In this document: piece by piece, positions 39,381-52,283 of the stretch
Position numbering within the stretch: position 1 is the first letter of the stretch
How the letters are laid out: each line of letters starts with the position of its first letter
Assembly: GCF_018350175.1 (NCBI RefSeq)
Contig: NC_058368.1
Span: 39,806,001 to 39,870,000, forward strand
DNA: 64,000 bases
From: Felis catus
Lineage: Eukaryota
Direction of reading: 5' to 3'
Notes under the pieces: generated by a model
The model's input: the letters and a program-made list of their open reading frames with translations, nothing else
Told to the model about the DNA's origin: nothing
Database searches by the model: none
Translations under genes and position numbers: made by a program

Positions 39381-39619
39381 AATAAGCTTCTACAAACAAA
39401 AAGTAATTCTGGAAATGAATCCTACTGCTCTTGCAGAATGCGTAAGTAGTGGTATTAAAACCATTTTCATTTGATAGCAATAGTAGTTGTTATTGATATG
39501 CACGTAAGTATTTTTAATGGAACTCTATTCTAAAAAATGTTTTATAACATTTTATTTCATTAAACTAGGTACATGCATGTATTGCCATAGAAAAGATTAT
39601 AAATACGCTTTATGACTTT

Positions 39620-39900
39620 CAGTACTTACAAAGTGTTATCTTTTATGAATGTACATAATGTATTTAAACATTTCTTTGTTGATGGGCAAATGTTTCACTC
39701 TTATTTTATCGCTCTTAGCTGCACTGATGAACACCGTGTTATGTATTTCTCTGCAAAACTGTTAAATTATTTCATTATTTAACATTTCTTGGTCCAAAGT
39801 TCCAGAGTCATCTAAAAGCCTGCACATTTAAATTTTGATACCAACTGCCCTTCAGAAATTTGCATTTAAGATCTCACCTACAGAGTATGAGGGTATCCAT
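39620..39900 (-). mobile_element. Very old L1ME fragment
   Basis: tgttgatgggca...aattttgatac..aactgccctt..agaaa antisense ORF2 C-terminal remnants. Confidence 0.5.
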
Positions 39901-41231
39901 GACCTGGATTCAAACTAGGTAAACTATTAAAGCACCTAAGCCTTTAATGCACAAACCAAAGTGCACACACACAAAATTTTCAGAATTACTTGCAAGTAGA
40001 TATTCCTTTTGTTTTTTTTGTGAGTACTCAAAATCAATGAAACCCAAAGTAGTTGGAGACTTTTGAGTTATTTCCAATGTGCTCTTCATTGTACTTGTAA
40101 GAATAACATGATGTAAAACTTTTACCATTGATGGCTTCTGGCCTTTGACTGAATTATTCATTAATATGTATGCATGTATTTGACATTATCACTGTCTCTT
40201 TATTTCAAGATAAAAAAATGAAATAGCCAGTGAAAACCCCTCACTGAATATAATTTTCCATGGATGAACCTTTAATGACATGTAAATATAAACAAATTAT
40301 TTAATACTAAAGCATAATATTCTCCTGAATTATAGTAATATACACCTAAAAATTCTAAATGTTGAAGAGAATTTTTATGTTTGCGCTACTTGTTTGGATG
40401 ATATAGATGATATACTGAACTTGCACATTTGCATATTAAGTAAGGTTTCAAAGTTCACAGGGGCAAACTGTTTTTGAACGTTTGCTACTTTTATAAAACT
40501 TCTCTGGCACTTACGATACAAATATAGATAAAATATAATACATGGAGAGTGAAATACTAAATATCCTTTTAAATTATATGTCACATACTCTATTAGAAGT
40601 AATAGAAAAATAGACAATGATTCTTTTTTATAAAGGGTGATATTTCAAATGGTACTTGAGGAGGAGGGCTCCCGGCTAAAAACCTAAGTATGATTTTCAG
40701 GCCGAATAATAGACTATGATAAAGGCTTTTTACCTGGCAGGCCTCATGGCAGAAAGCTGGCCTACCCCATCTAGACCTGGTGCAAAGCCAATGCACTGCA
40801 GTCTCTGAAGGGAGCCAAGGACTCGGGGCTCCGCTACCTTCAGTTCACATTCCCAAGGTGAAGACATGACATGTGACATTTTAATATCTGACTTCTGCTC
40901 AGTTATTCACTCCTTGGAAATACTTCGAACATCATATATACTCTATATATGTTCACATGTAGCTATACACTATAGTCATACAATAACTTACATTCCTTAA
41001 CAATACATTCTATTATGTATGATGTTCATTCTTCCTGAAATGCTCTCCCTTCTCCTGTTTCTCAGTCTTCAAGATTCAGCTCCCTTAATACTTTATTTGT
41101 AATAATTCTAGCTATTTTCTCCTTTAGGTTCTCAGATTATCTAATAAACTTCAGTTATAGAACACATGACCCTATTTTCAATTTTATTTTTAATTTGTTC
41201 CCTATTTTTTGACCAAAAAGCAGCCTTCCTT

Positions 41232-41258
41232 TTTATTATTTATTTATTTATAATTTTT

Positions 41259-41299
<41 letters not shown>

Positions 41300-41467
41300 A
41301 GGAGACACCGGGGGGGGGAGGGGCAGAGAGAGAGGGAGAGAGAATCCCAAGCAGCCTCCATGTCCAGCGTGGACCTCCACACAGGGTTCAATCTCAGGAG
41401 TGTGAGATCATAACCTGAGCCAAATCAAGAGCCAGATGCTTAACTCACTGAGCCACTCAGGTGCCCC
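41232..41467 (-). mobile_element. Can-SINE with expanded (GA)n
   Basis: Antisense body ending caggtgcccc. Confidence 0.93.
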
Positions 41468-42024
41468 AAAACTTTCCTTTTTAATCTGTGCTTCCCCAGG
41501 GTGCAATATGACTCCCGAAACAAAGTTTCTGCTTACTTTTGTTTACTTAAAAGGAATATATATCCACTATCTAATAAAACCACACGCCAATTTCACTACT
41601 TCAGTTATAATACCCTTTTCTTTTATATGTAGTCACCAAGTATGACTGCATTCATTATTTTTCTGTGATATATCTCCCTTCTTTGATCTGTTCTTTTTGA
41701 TGCTCAGCATTACTGAAAATAATTTCATAATAATTAGCAGTTGTTTAAAATTTCTTATTCCATTGGCAACTATATGACAGGCATTAATTTATATTCCCGT
41801 ATCATAATGCCCTTTAACTATATAACTACTTAGCTAAGTACTCTACTGTACTCGCTTTCTATGATTATAGCAGCCCCTGGTTGCTTCTAAAATAAAACCC
41901 AAATTCTATGGTCTAATACAAAAGACTCACTTAATCTACAATTTGAAAATTATGGAACCTATAACATGCATAGTAAATGATAGAATTAAAATACAAATTT
42001 AGTTGTATCTCTTGATGTCCCTTT

Positions 42025-45000
42025 TTTTCTTTTGTTTTTGTTTTTTTTTTTAATATGAAATTTATTGTCAAATTGGTTTCCATACAACACCCAGTGCTCA
42101 TCCCAACAGGTGCCCTCCTCAATGCCCATCACACACTTTCCAATACCACCCACCCGCCATCAACCCTCAGTTCATTCTCAGTTTTTAAGAGTCTCTTATG
42201 GTTTGCCTCCCTCCCTCTCTAACTTTTTTTCCTTCCCCTCCCCCCATGGTCTTCTGTTAAGTTTCTCAGGATCCACATATGAATGAAAACATATGGTATC
42301 TGTCTTTCTCTGCCTGACTTATTTCACTTAGCATAACGCTCTCCAGTTCCACCTACGTTGCTACAAAAGGCCATATTTCATTCTTTCTCATTGCCATGTC
42401 ATATTCCACTGTGTATTTAAAACCACAATTTCTTTATCCATTCATCAGTTGATGAACATTTAGGCTCTTTCCATAATTTAGCTATTGTTGAAAGTGCTGC
42501 TATAAACATTGGGGGACAAGTGCCCCTATGCATCAACACTCCTGTATCCCTTGAGTAAATTCCTAGCAGTGCTATTGCTGTGTCATAGGGTAGATCTATT
42601 TTGAATTTTTTGAGGAACCTCCACACTGTTTTCCAGAGCGGCTGCACCAATTTGCATTCCCACCAACAGTACAAGAGGGTTCCCGTTTCTCCACATCGTC
42701 TCCAGCATCTATAGTCTCCTGATTTGTTCGTTTTGGCCACTCTGACTGGCGTGAGGTGATATCTGAGTGTGGTTTTGATTTTGTATTTCCCTGATGAGAA
42801 GTGACACTGAGCACCTTTTCATATGCCTGTTGGCCATCTGGATGTCTTCTTTAGAGAAATGTCTATTCATGTTTTCTGCCCATTTCTTCACTGGATTATT
42901 TGTTTTTCGGGTGTGGAGTTTGGTGAGTTCTTTATAGATTTTGAATACTAGCCCTTTGTCTGATATGTCATTTGCAAATATCTTTTCCCATTCCATAGGC
43001 TTCCTTTTAGTTTTGTTGATGATTTAGTTTGTTTAGTTTGTTGATGGTTTAGTTTCATTCTTCTGCATGTTGCTGTCCAGTTCTCCCAGCACCATTTGTT
43101 AAAGAGACTGTCTTTTTTCCATTGGATATTCTTTCCTGCTTTGACAAAGATTAGTTGGCCATACTTTTGTGGGTCCAATTCTGGAGTCTCTATTCTATTC
43201 CATTGGTCTATTTGTCTGTTTTTGTGCCAATACCATGCTGTCTTGATGATTACAGCTTTGTAGGAGAGCCTAAAGTCTGGGATTGTGATGTCTCCCGCCT
43301 TTGGTCGTCTTCTTCAAAATTACTTTGGCTATTCACATTCTTTTGTGGTTCCACACAAATCTTAGGATTGCTTGTTCTAGCTTCGAGAAGAATGCTGGTG
43401 CAATTTTGACTGGGATTGCATTGAATGTGTAGATTGCTTTGGGTAATATTAACATTTTAACAATATTTATTCTTCCAATCCATGAACACAGGATGTTTTT
43501 CCATTTCTTTGTATCCTCTTCAATTTCCTTCATAAATTGATAGTTTTCAACATACAGGTCTTTTACATCTTTAGTTAGGTTTATTCCTAGGTATTTTATG
43601 CTTCTTGGTGCAATTGTGAATGGGATCAGTTTCTTTATTTGTCTTTTCTGTTGCTTCATTCTTAGTGTATAAGAATGTAACTCATTTCTGTACATTAATT
43701 TTGTATCCTGTGACTTGGCTGAATTCATGTATCAGTTCTAGCAGACTTTTGGTGGAGTCTATCGGATTTTTCATATATAATACCATGTTATCTGCAAAAA
43801 GTGAAAGCTTGACTTCATCTTTGCCAATTTTGATGCCTTTGATTTCCTTTTGTTGTCTGACTGCTGATGCTAAAACTTCCAACACTATGTTAAACAACAG
43901 TGGTGAGAGTGGACATCCCTGTCGTGTTCCTGATCTCAGAAGGAAAGCTCTCAGTTTTTCCCCATTGAGGATGATATTAGCTGTGGGCTTTCCACAAATG
44001 GTTTTATGATGTTTAAGTATGTTCCTTCTATCCCGACTTTCTCGAGGGTTTTTATTAAGAATGGATGCTGAATTTTGTCAAATGCTTTTTTTGCATCGAT
44101 TGACAGGATCATATGGTTCTTATCTTTTCTTTTATTAATGTGATGTATCACATTGATTGATTTGCGAATGTTGAACCAGCCCTGCAGCCCAGGAATGAAT
44201 CCCACTTGATCATGGTGAATAATTATTTTTATATGCTATTAAATTCGATTTGCCTGTATGTTGTTTAGAATTTTTGCATCCATATTCATCAGGGATATTG
44301 GCCTGTAGTTCTATTTTTTGGCTGGGTCTCTGTCTGGTTTAGGAATCAAAAAAATGCTGGCTTCATAGAATGAGTATGGAAGTTTTCCTTCCTTTCTATT
44401 TTTTGGAACAGCTTGAGAAGGATAGGTATTAACTCTGCTTTAAATGTCTGGGAGAATTCCCCAGGGAAGCCATCTGGTCCTGGACTCTTATTTGTTGGGA
44501 GACTTTTGATAACTGATTCAATTTCTTAGCTGGTTATGGGTCTGTTCAAGTTTTCTATTTCTTCCTGTTTGAGTTTTGGAAGTGGGTGGGTGCTTAGGAA
44601 TCTGTCCATTTCTTCCAGGTTGTCCAGTTTGTTGGCATATAATTTTTCATAGTATTACCTGATAATTGCTTATATTTCTGAGGGATTGGCTGTAATAATT
44701 CCATTTTCATTCATGATTTTATCTGTTTGGGTCATCTCCCTTTTCTTTTTGAGAAGCCTGGCTAGGGGTATCAATTTTGTTTACTTTTTCAAAAAACCAA
44801 CTCTTGGTTTCATTGATCTGCTCTACAGTTTTTTTACATTCTATATTGTTTATTTCTGCTCTGATCTTTATTATTTCTCTTCTTCTGCTGGGTTTGGGGT
44901 ATCTTTGCTGTTCTGCTTCTATTTCCTTTAGGTGTGCTATTAGATTTTGTATTTGGGATTTTTCTTGTTTCTTGTGATAGGCCTGCATTGCAATGTATTT

Positions 45001-46692
45001 TCCTCTCAGGACTGCTTTTACTGCATCCCAAAGCGTTTGGATTGTTGTATTTTCATTTTCGTTTGTTTCCATATATTTTTTAAATTTCTTCTCTAACTGC
45101 CTGGTTGACCCATTCATTCTTTAGTAGGATGTTTTTTGACCTCCATGTTTTTGGAGGTTTTCCAGACTTTTCCTGTGGTTGATTTCAAATTTCATAGCAT
45201 TGTGGTCTGAAAGTGTGCATGTTATGATCTCAATTATTTTATACTTATGAAGGGCTGTTTTGTGACCCAGTATGTGATCTATTTTTGAGAAGGTTCCATG
45301 CGCACTCGAGAAGAAAGTATATTCTGTTGCTTTGGGAGGCAGAGTTCTAGATACATCTATCAAGTCCATCTGTTCCAATGTATCATTCAGGGCCTTTGTT
45401 TCTTTATTGATCCTATGTCTAGATGATCTATCCATTGTTGTAAGTGTTGTATTAAAGTCCCCTGCAATTACTACATTCTTATCAATAAGGTTGCTTATGT
45501 TTGTGATTGTTTTATATATTTGGGGGCTCCTGTATTCGGCACATAGACATTTATAATTGTTAGCTCTTCCTGATGGATAGACCCTGTAATTATCATATAA
45601 TGCCCTTTTTCATCCCTTGTTAGAGCCTTCAACTTAAAGTCTAGTTTGTCTGATACAAGTATGGCTACTTCAGCTTTCTTTTGACTTCCAGTAGCATGAA
45701 AGATAGTTCTCCATCCCCTCACTTTCAATCTGAAGGTGTTCAGGTCAAAAATGAGTCTCTTGTAGACAGCAAACAGATGGGTCTCGTTTTTTTATCCATT
45801 CTGATACCCTATGTCTTTTGGTTGGAACATTTAGTCCATTTACATTCAGTGTTATTATTGAAAGATATGGGTTTAGAGTCATTGTGATGTCTGTAGGTTT
45901 CATGCTTGTAGTGATATCTCTGGTACTTTGTGGTCCTTGCAACATTTCACTCACAGAGTCCCCCTTAGGATCTCTTGTAGGGCTGGTTTAGTGGTGAGGA
46001 ATTCCTTCAGTTTTTGTTTGTTTGGGAAAACCTTTATCTGTCCTTCTATTCTGAATGACAGACTTGCTGGATAAAGGATTCTTGGCTGCATTTTTTTTTC
46101 TGTTCATCACATTGAAGATCTCCTGCCATTCCTTTCTGGTCTGCCAAGTGTCAGTAGATAGGTCTGCTACTATTCTTATGTCTCTACCTTTGTAGGTTAG
46201 AGCCTTTTTATCCATAGCTGCTTTCAGAATTTTTCTTTATCCTTGCATGTTACCAGTTTCACTATGATATGTCGTGCAGAAGATCGATTCAAGTTACGTT
46301 TGAAGGGAGTTCTCTGTGCCCCTTGGATTTCAATGACTTTCTCCTTCCCCAGATCAGGGAAGTTCTCAGCTATTATTTGTTCAAGTACACCTTCAGCCCC
46401 TTTCTCTCTTCTTCTAGAATTCCTAAGATACAGATATTGTTCCATTTGAAAGCCTCACTTAGTTCTCTAATTCTCCCCTCATACTCCTGGATTTTTTTAA
46501 TCTTTTTCTCAGCTTCCTCTTTTTCCATAATTTTATATTCTAATTCACCTATTCTCTCCTCTGCCTCTTCAATCCATGCTATGGCCACCTCCGTTTTATT
46601 TTGCACCTTATTTATAGGAGTTTTTTAGCTCCTCATGACTATTTCTTAGTCCCTTGATCTCTGTAGCTATAGATTCTCTTCTGTCCTCTATC
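42025..46692 (-). mobile_element. ~4.7 kb felid L1, 5'-truncated within ORF1, ORF2 disrupted
   Basis: Poly(T) tail at ~42025-42051; ORF1 pieces (IIAENFPDLGKE, IRIVADLS); ORF2 ATG at 45882; EN, RT (FADN instead of FADD) and C-terminal peptides in shifting frames; TSD gatgtcccttt at 42014-42024 and 46693-46703. Confidence 0.97.
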
Positions 46693-46720
46693 GATGTCCC
46701 TTTAACCATATATCTGGACA

Positions 46721-46938
46721 GGGGCGCCTGAGTGGCTCAGTCAGTTGAACGTTCGACTTCAGCTCAGGTCATGATCTCATGGTTCATGGGTTCAAGCTCT
46801 GCCTCAGGCTCTGTGCTGACCATTTGCTCAGAGCCTGAAGGCTGCTTCGGATTCTGTGTCTCCTTTTCTCTCTGCCCCTCCCCTATTCACACTCTGTCTC
46901 ACTCTGTCTTTCAAAAATAAATGTATGTAAGAAAAAAA
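46721..46938 (+). mobile_element. Can-SINE
   Basis: TSD ttaac(c/a)atatatctggaca at 46702-46720 and 46939-46957. Confidence 0.96.
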
Positions 46939-47254
46939 TTAACAATATATCTGGACAAAGATACTTTTAGGTTCCTTGAGAATTAACTCTTTAATAATAG
47001 ACATAATTTTGGTTTTATTAAATCAAAAATAACTGTTTGACTTCATAAAATGCATTATACAAAATATTAGCAAAATTCCAACTTTTTTCTTAACAACAAA
47101 TATCCTCTTTTCCTATCTTTTCTTTAAAAACTTTTTATTCAGTTATTTAAGCTTAAAAAATAGCCTATTTCTCCATAGTCTTCTCAAGCCCCCATCTCTG
47201 GCACCCACCAATCTGTTCCCTGTATCTCTGGTTTAGTTATTTGTTTTTTGTTTT

Positions 47255-47398
47255 GTGTGTGTATGTACGTCTGGGTTTTTTGTTGTTTGTTGTTGTTGTT
47301 TTACTTTTGGGTAGGCTCCATGCCCAATTTAATGCTTGAACTCACAAACCTCAGATCAAAAGCTGCATGTTCTACTGACTAAGCCAGCCAGGTCCCCT
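47255..47398 (-). mobile_element. Short-type old Can-SINE
   Basis: gtaggctccatgccc...cttgaactcacaaacctcagatcaa...agccagccagg. Confidence 0.75.
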
Positions 47399-47568
47399 TC
47401 TTTTTTTTAACATCCTTATATAAGAAAGATCATGTGATATTTGTCCTTCTCTGCATGACTTATTTCACCTAGCATACAGCCCTCAAGGTCTATACATATT
47501 GTCACAAATTACAAGATTTCATCCTTTTTATGGCTGAATGATATTCACATACATAAAAATACAAATAT

Positions 47569-47571
<3 letters not shown>

Positions 47572-47616
<45 letters not shown>
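47572..47616. repeat. (TA)n microsatellite
   Basis: Directly visible. Confidence 0.97.
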
Positions 47617-47619
<3 letters not shown>

Positions 47620-49584
47620 AATTTCTTTATCCACTTAGCCATCTGTGAACACTTAGGTTGTTTCCACATCTTATAATGAATACTGCAATAAATACATGTA
47701 TGCAGGTATCTTTTCAAGTTAGTGTTTCCATTTTCTTTGGATAAATACCCAGAAGTGAAATTGCTGCATTGTATCTTATAATATCATACTACTTAAATTT
47801 TTTGAGGGACCGTGATACAGTTTTCCATAGTGGCTGCACTAATTTACATTTCCACTAACAGTGCACAAATGTTTGAGTTCTCTTTCCCTTTTGTCTTGGT
47901 GAGTCTAACTAAAGGTTTGTCAATTAATTAGATTCAAGCTGGAAGCCAGCAGATAGAAAGGGACATGTTTGGGGCTTCTTTCTCTCTTTTTTCCTCTCTC
48001 ATCCTGAGCTAAGTTCTTAAGGCTTTAGCACTCCAGGACAAGTTCATGGGGAAAGAGAAGGGAAAAGAGGCAGCTACTATTTGATATGAACTGGCTTTTT
48101 ACTTAATTTGCCCTGCAGATGATCAAGCTACTTCCTTGTCTCTGGTGAGGTCCTTTCATGATCTCTATGAAGCTTCCCTGATGACTTCTCTCTCCTGCAT
48201 TTCTTCTTACAACCAAGATTCCAAAGGATGAATTTCTATCCCTGCATATCTAGCAACTTCATCATTATCCCCCAACTGTCCAAGTCTAGATTCTTTTTGG
48301 ATATCTTCCTATCTTAATTGGACAAAATACAAAATAAACCTGTGCTGTCTTTCTTTCATTTTTCTTCCTGGATCTCATCTCAAGTACAAAAATATATACA
48401 TATCCTTTGCTCTAACAAAATCTGGACATGCAGTTAGATCTGAATACACTAACCTGACACCCTCTCTCAAAAGTTCACTCAGCCACACTGCCTTCTCTAG
48501 GTTTTCTAGATTAGAGTCATTTTGCTGACAACTAATGTACTCTAATATAAGGGGCCAATTTAAACATTCAATGCAGTTTCCCCTAAATTCTCCAACAATG
48601 TTTGAGGTGATGTGTAGAAATATAAACGGATATTTATAATAAATGATTATTTTTTTACCTCTCAAATATCTAAGAATATTCTTGCCCCTTGACCAAACTC
48701 TGACCTTGTACTGGGAAAAATCTCATCTGTGTAATATACTAATTCACAATGATCTTTCTTTTTTTCTTTTTTTTTTTTTGAGTTCTTAAGATATATGATA
48801 CCTAGATATATGAATTGATAAGGTCATTGACCTTTTTAATGAATGAATATTACTATATTGACCAGAGTACTGGACTTTTAGACCAGGGACTTTCAGCTAC
48901 AGCATTTTAATATCCCTAATTTTCAACACAGAAGAGTTAGTTAATAAATATAAAGCATTATTGAAAATGATGGATGCTTAGAAGTTTATACTGATATATT
49001 TAGACCAGTAGATTGATGAATTTATACATACCTAATAAATAGTTCTTGACTTCATTGTACAATATATAGTGTGTTAAGTAAAGCAGTTTATTCAGTGTCT
49101 GTGGTGAGTTTAGACATCTTTTTGAATGCTGGAACATACATTAGATTTCCTTATATCCTCCAAAAATCTGTGAATCTGTAACTTCTGTGTGTATGTGTGT
49201 GTTTGCAGAAAGCTATCTTTTTTAAATAAAAAGTCAAATTTAACCAAATTTTAGCATGTCCTAGAAAAATGCATTTTGCTGAAAAGTTCTTAGTAATCAT
49301 GTAATATTTTTATTGTCCATAAAATTCTATGATGGACAAAATGGTGGTATTTGAATACTAATGTTGAAGTTTCCAGTAGGTCAATGAAGAAGAAAAGATA
49401 CTGGTGAGGTTTAAAAAACAGAAGAAACCAATATGGACATTTTATGAGGATACAAATCCATTTTCAAGCAAACTTTGCTTTATTGTTACACACATATAAG
49501 TCTGAAACAGTCCTAAAGAACCCTATATCATTCTATGCCAATCTAAAAAATTCACCAACCTACCACAATGCATTGAGTGCTCTT

Positions 49585-49804
49585 TCAAAAATTTTTTTAA
49601 TGTTTACTTATTTTTGAGATACAGAGAGAGACAAAGAAGGAGGGGGGCAGGGTGAGAGAGAGAAAGAGACACAGTATCTGAAGCAGGCTCCAGGCTCTGA
49701 GCTGTCAGCATAGAGACCTACGCAGAGCTCGAACTCACAAACCCTGAGATCATGACCTGAGCCGAAATGGGAAGATTAACCTATTGAGCCGCCGAGGCAC
49801 CCCC
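49585..49804 (-). mobile_element. Can-SINE
   Basis: Antisense body; TSD gagtgct(c/t)ttt. Confidence 0.94.
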
Positions 49805-52046
49805 AGAGTGCTTTTTTTTAAAAAAATAATTTCCCTTTTTATATTTAAAGTTGATCCATTCAAAATATTCTTAAGTAGGAAAGAGAGAGTTACTGGGTCT
49901 TAATTGCTTGGGTTTTCTATGACTTGCTCCTCCGTAAACAGTAGGCTTTATACAAATGGCGCAGCTGTTTACTTCAAAAAATTCTTTAAACAAATAGAAG
50001 ATGCTAAACTGACAAGATATATTTTACAATCTGTAAATTCACTTAGTACATATAACTCATGAAGACATACTGCTACCCCATACTGCATTGTTACTTTTTG
50101 ACTTGTTATCACTGAAATTAAGGGCAGCCACGCTCAAAGACCACTGGGGACTCCAGTACAATCAAAGATGATTCTTTCACAAGCACCACATCTTAAGAAA
50201 TAACTTAAATGCAAACTTACAGTACGTTACATATGTGGGCTAATTCTAATGAATGAGGCATCTTTTGAACTTTCTGGTATCATTGCTGTTTGGTAAATTA
50301 GTTAATGAGCTGTCTTTTATGTTTCTTGCTGTGCCAATTGATACAAAGATACCAATCTAGAAAAAAAAAACAATTCTTTATTAAATACAAAATCAGATAG
50401 TTGCTTAATGAAGCTTTATCTTTTATTTGATGACATATTGAGTATGTGGTATGTCCAAGGGTTCATTTGATAGATTTACAGAAAGTTAAATCTAACTTTG
50501 TTCTTACATTAGCAGTAAGACTTTGCAGGCTGGAGTGTTCTGCTTTTTCAATTATTTAGTGAGTGACTCAGTAGCAAGGCTGCCTCCACACAGCCAACTG
50601 TTCACGTGTAGTAACAAATGAAACACCATAATCTTAACAAGATTATCATAATAAAGAGTCATCAGAGAAATTAGAATTATCTTCTTTAATTATGAGATTA
50701 TAACCCCATTAACTCCTCTGCATGAAAAGTGGGAATTGGGGAATAAGAAAGGAGAATCCATAGTTGGCAATTAAAACCCCAGAGCAAATTAAAGGGAGGG
50801 TGGAGAAAAACATCCTACATGGATTTAGATATTTCAGGTAATTTATATGGGAGCATATGTTTGTCGTAGATTGCAACTTCCAAACTATAACCACGGGAAG
50901 CATGCTATTTTGGTTTTGAATTTTGTTTTTTCAGATTGCCTAAACGAGCAGCCCTGAAAGCAACAAACTTAAAAGAAGACCCTTATTTAAATATGCCTAG
51001 AGCTGTGAATTAATTATGGACTAAATAAGTTATTAGAACAATATTGTCACTGATGCATTATTTATGGATAGTTGTTGAAAAGTTTGTAATCGCAAAAGTA
51101 CTGAAGTGACATTTCCAAAGACATTAACATGAAAATGAGGAGAATTTGAAGAGAAAAAATTATTCAATGTGCAACCTCTTACTAAGATAGTCTTCAATAA
51201 TGTATACAGCAACTACATTTTTTTTACTTCTAATATACACATGTAATATTCATAGGCTTGCTCTAAAGCTTTTTCAAATTAAGTTTGCAAGTCTAAATGA
51301 AAAAATAGACACCCAGTGACAGTAAAATTTATATGATAACAAAATTATATCCAGGCATTGTTACCACAAGCACAATAAACACACTAAGAACAAAATATAC
51401 TTCAGAGTTGTCATAGACCATGCAAGTTTTAAAATAAATACTTATCTACTTTCTTACTGTGATATTAATATTTATATTTTAGATACTCTGATATAATTAT
51501 ATTAAATTGTAGGTGATCTGTACCTTTTGGAGATTAAATAACACAGAAAAACAAGTGAATGCATTGTATTCAGTGAAGCATGTTATTAAATTTCAGCATG
51601 GCAGCTATTTTGGTTGTTTATATTATAAAAAAGGATAACATTATGCTATTGTGTAAAAAAGATTTTACTGAAATTAGCTTCTGACAAAAGATTGTACAGA
51701 AATAATCCTTGAAACAATTCAGAAAAAGCAGTAGCAACTGCTATAGTCATTGAAAGATAAGACAAACAAGAGGTAAGATGCGCTCACAAGACATTTATTA
51801 TGTATTCAATTTCAAATCTTAAATGGTCAAGCTAGAAGCTTTGTATGATGCATTATGTATACTGTGTATATTAAGAAATACAATCCAATCCGATTTCTGT
51901 AGGGTCATGCATAGCTCAAGCAACTATGAAGAAAAATTTTAGCTTTTGTTAACATACACAGTAGTATTGTTCACTTCAAAATTTTATGTGCTTTCCCCTT
52001 ACATGAGGGAATGGGTATACTAAAATCAAGAAATCAACAGTGTTTT

Positions 52047-52074
52047 TTAAAAAATGTTTTTAACGTTAATTATT

Positions 52075-52116
<42 letters not shown>

Positions 52117-52283
52117 TGTGAGCGAGGGAGGGGCAGAGAGACAGGGAGACACAGAATCTGAAGCAGGTTCCAGGCTCTAAGCTGTCAGCACAGAGCCCGA
52201 TGTGGGGCTGGAACTCAGGAACCATGAGATCATGACCTGAGCCAAAGTTGGATGCTTCACCGACTGAGCCACACAGGTGTCCC
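52047..52283 (-). mobile_element. Can-SINE
   Basis: TSD gaaatca(a/t)cagtgtttt at 52030-52046 and 52287-52303. Confidence 0.96.

Larger units (their letters stand above)
47160..47872 (-). mobile_element. L1MA-type 3' end fragment with nested short SINE and (TA)n
   Basis: tgacttatttcacctagcat, tttttatggctgaat, ggataaatacccagaagtg, ttttccatagtggctgcactaatttacatt. Confidence 0.85.

Noticed and set aside
42025..46692. Active full-length L1
   Set aside because: No 5' UTR or promoter, many stops and frameshifts, FADD changed to FADN, internal deletion
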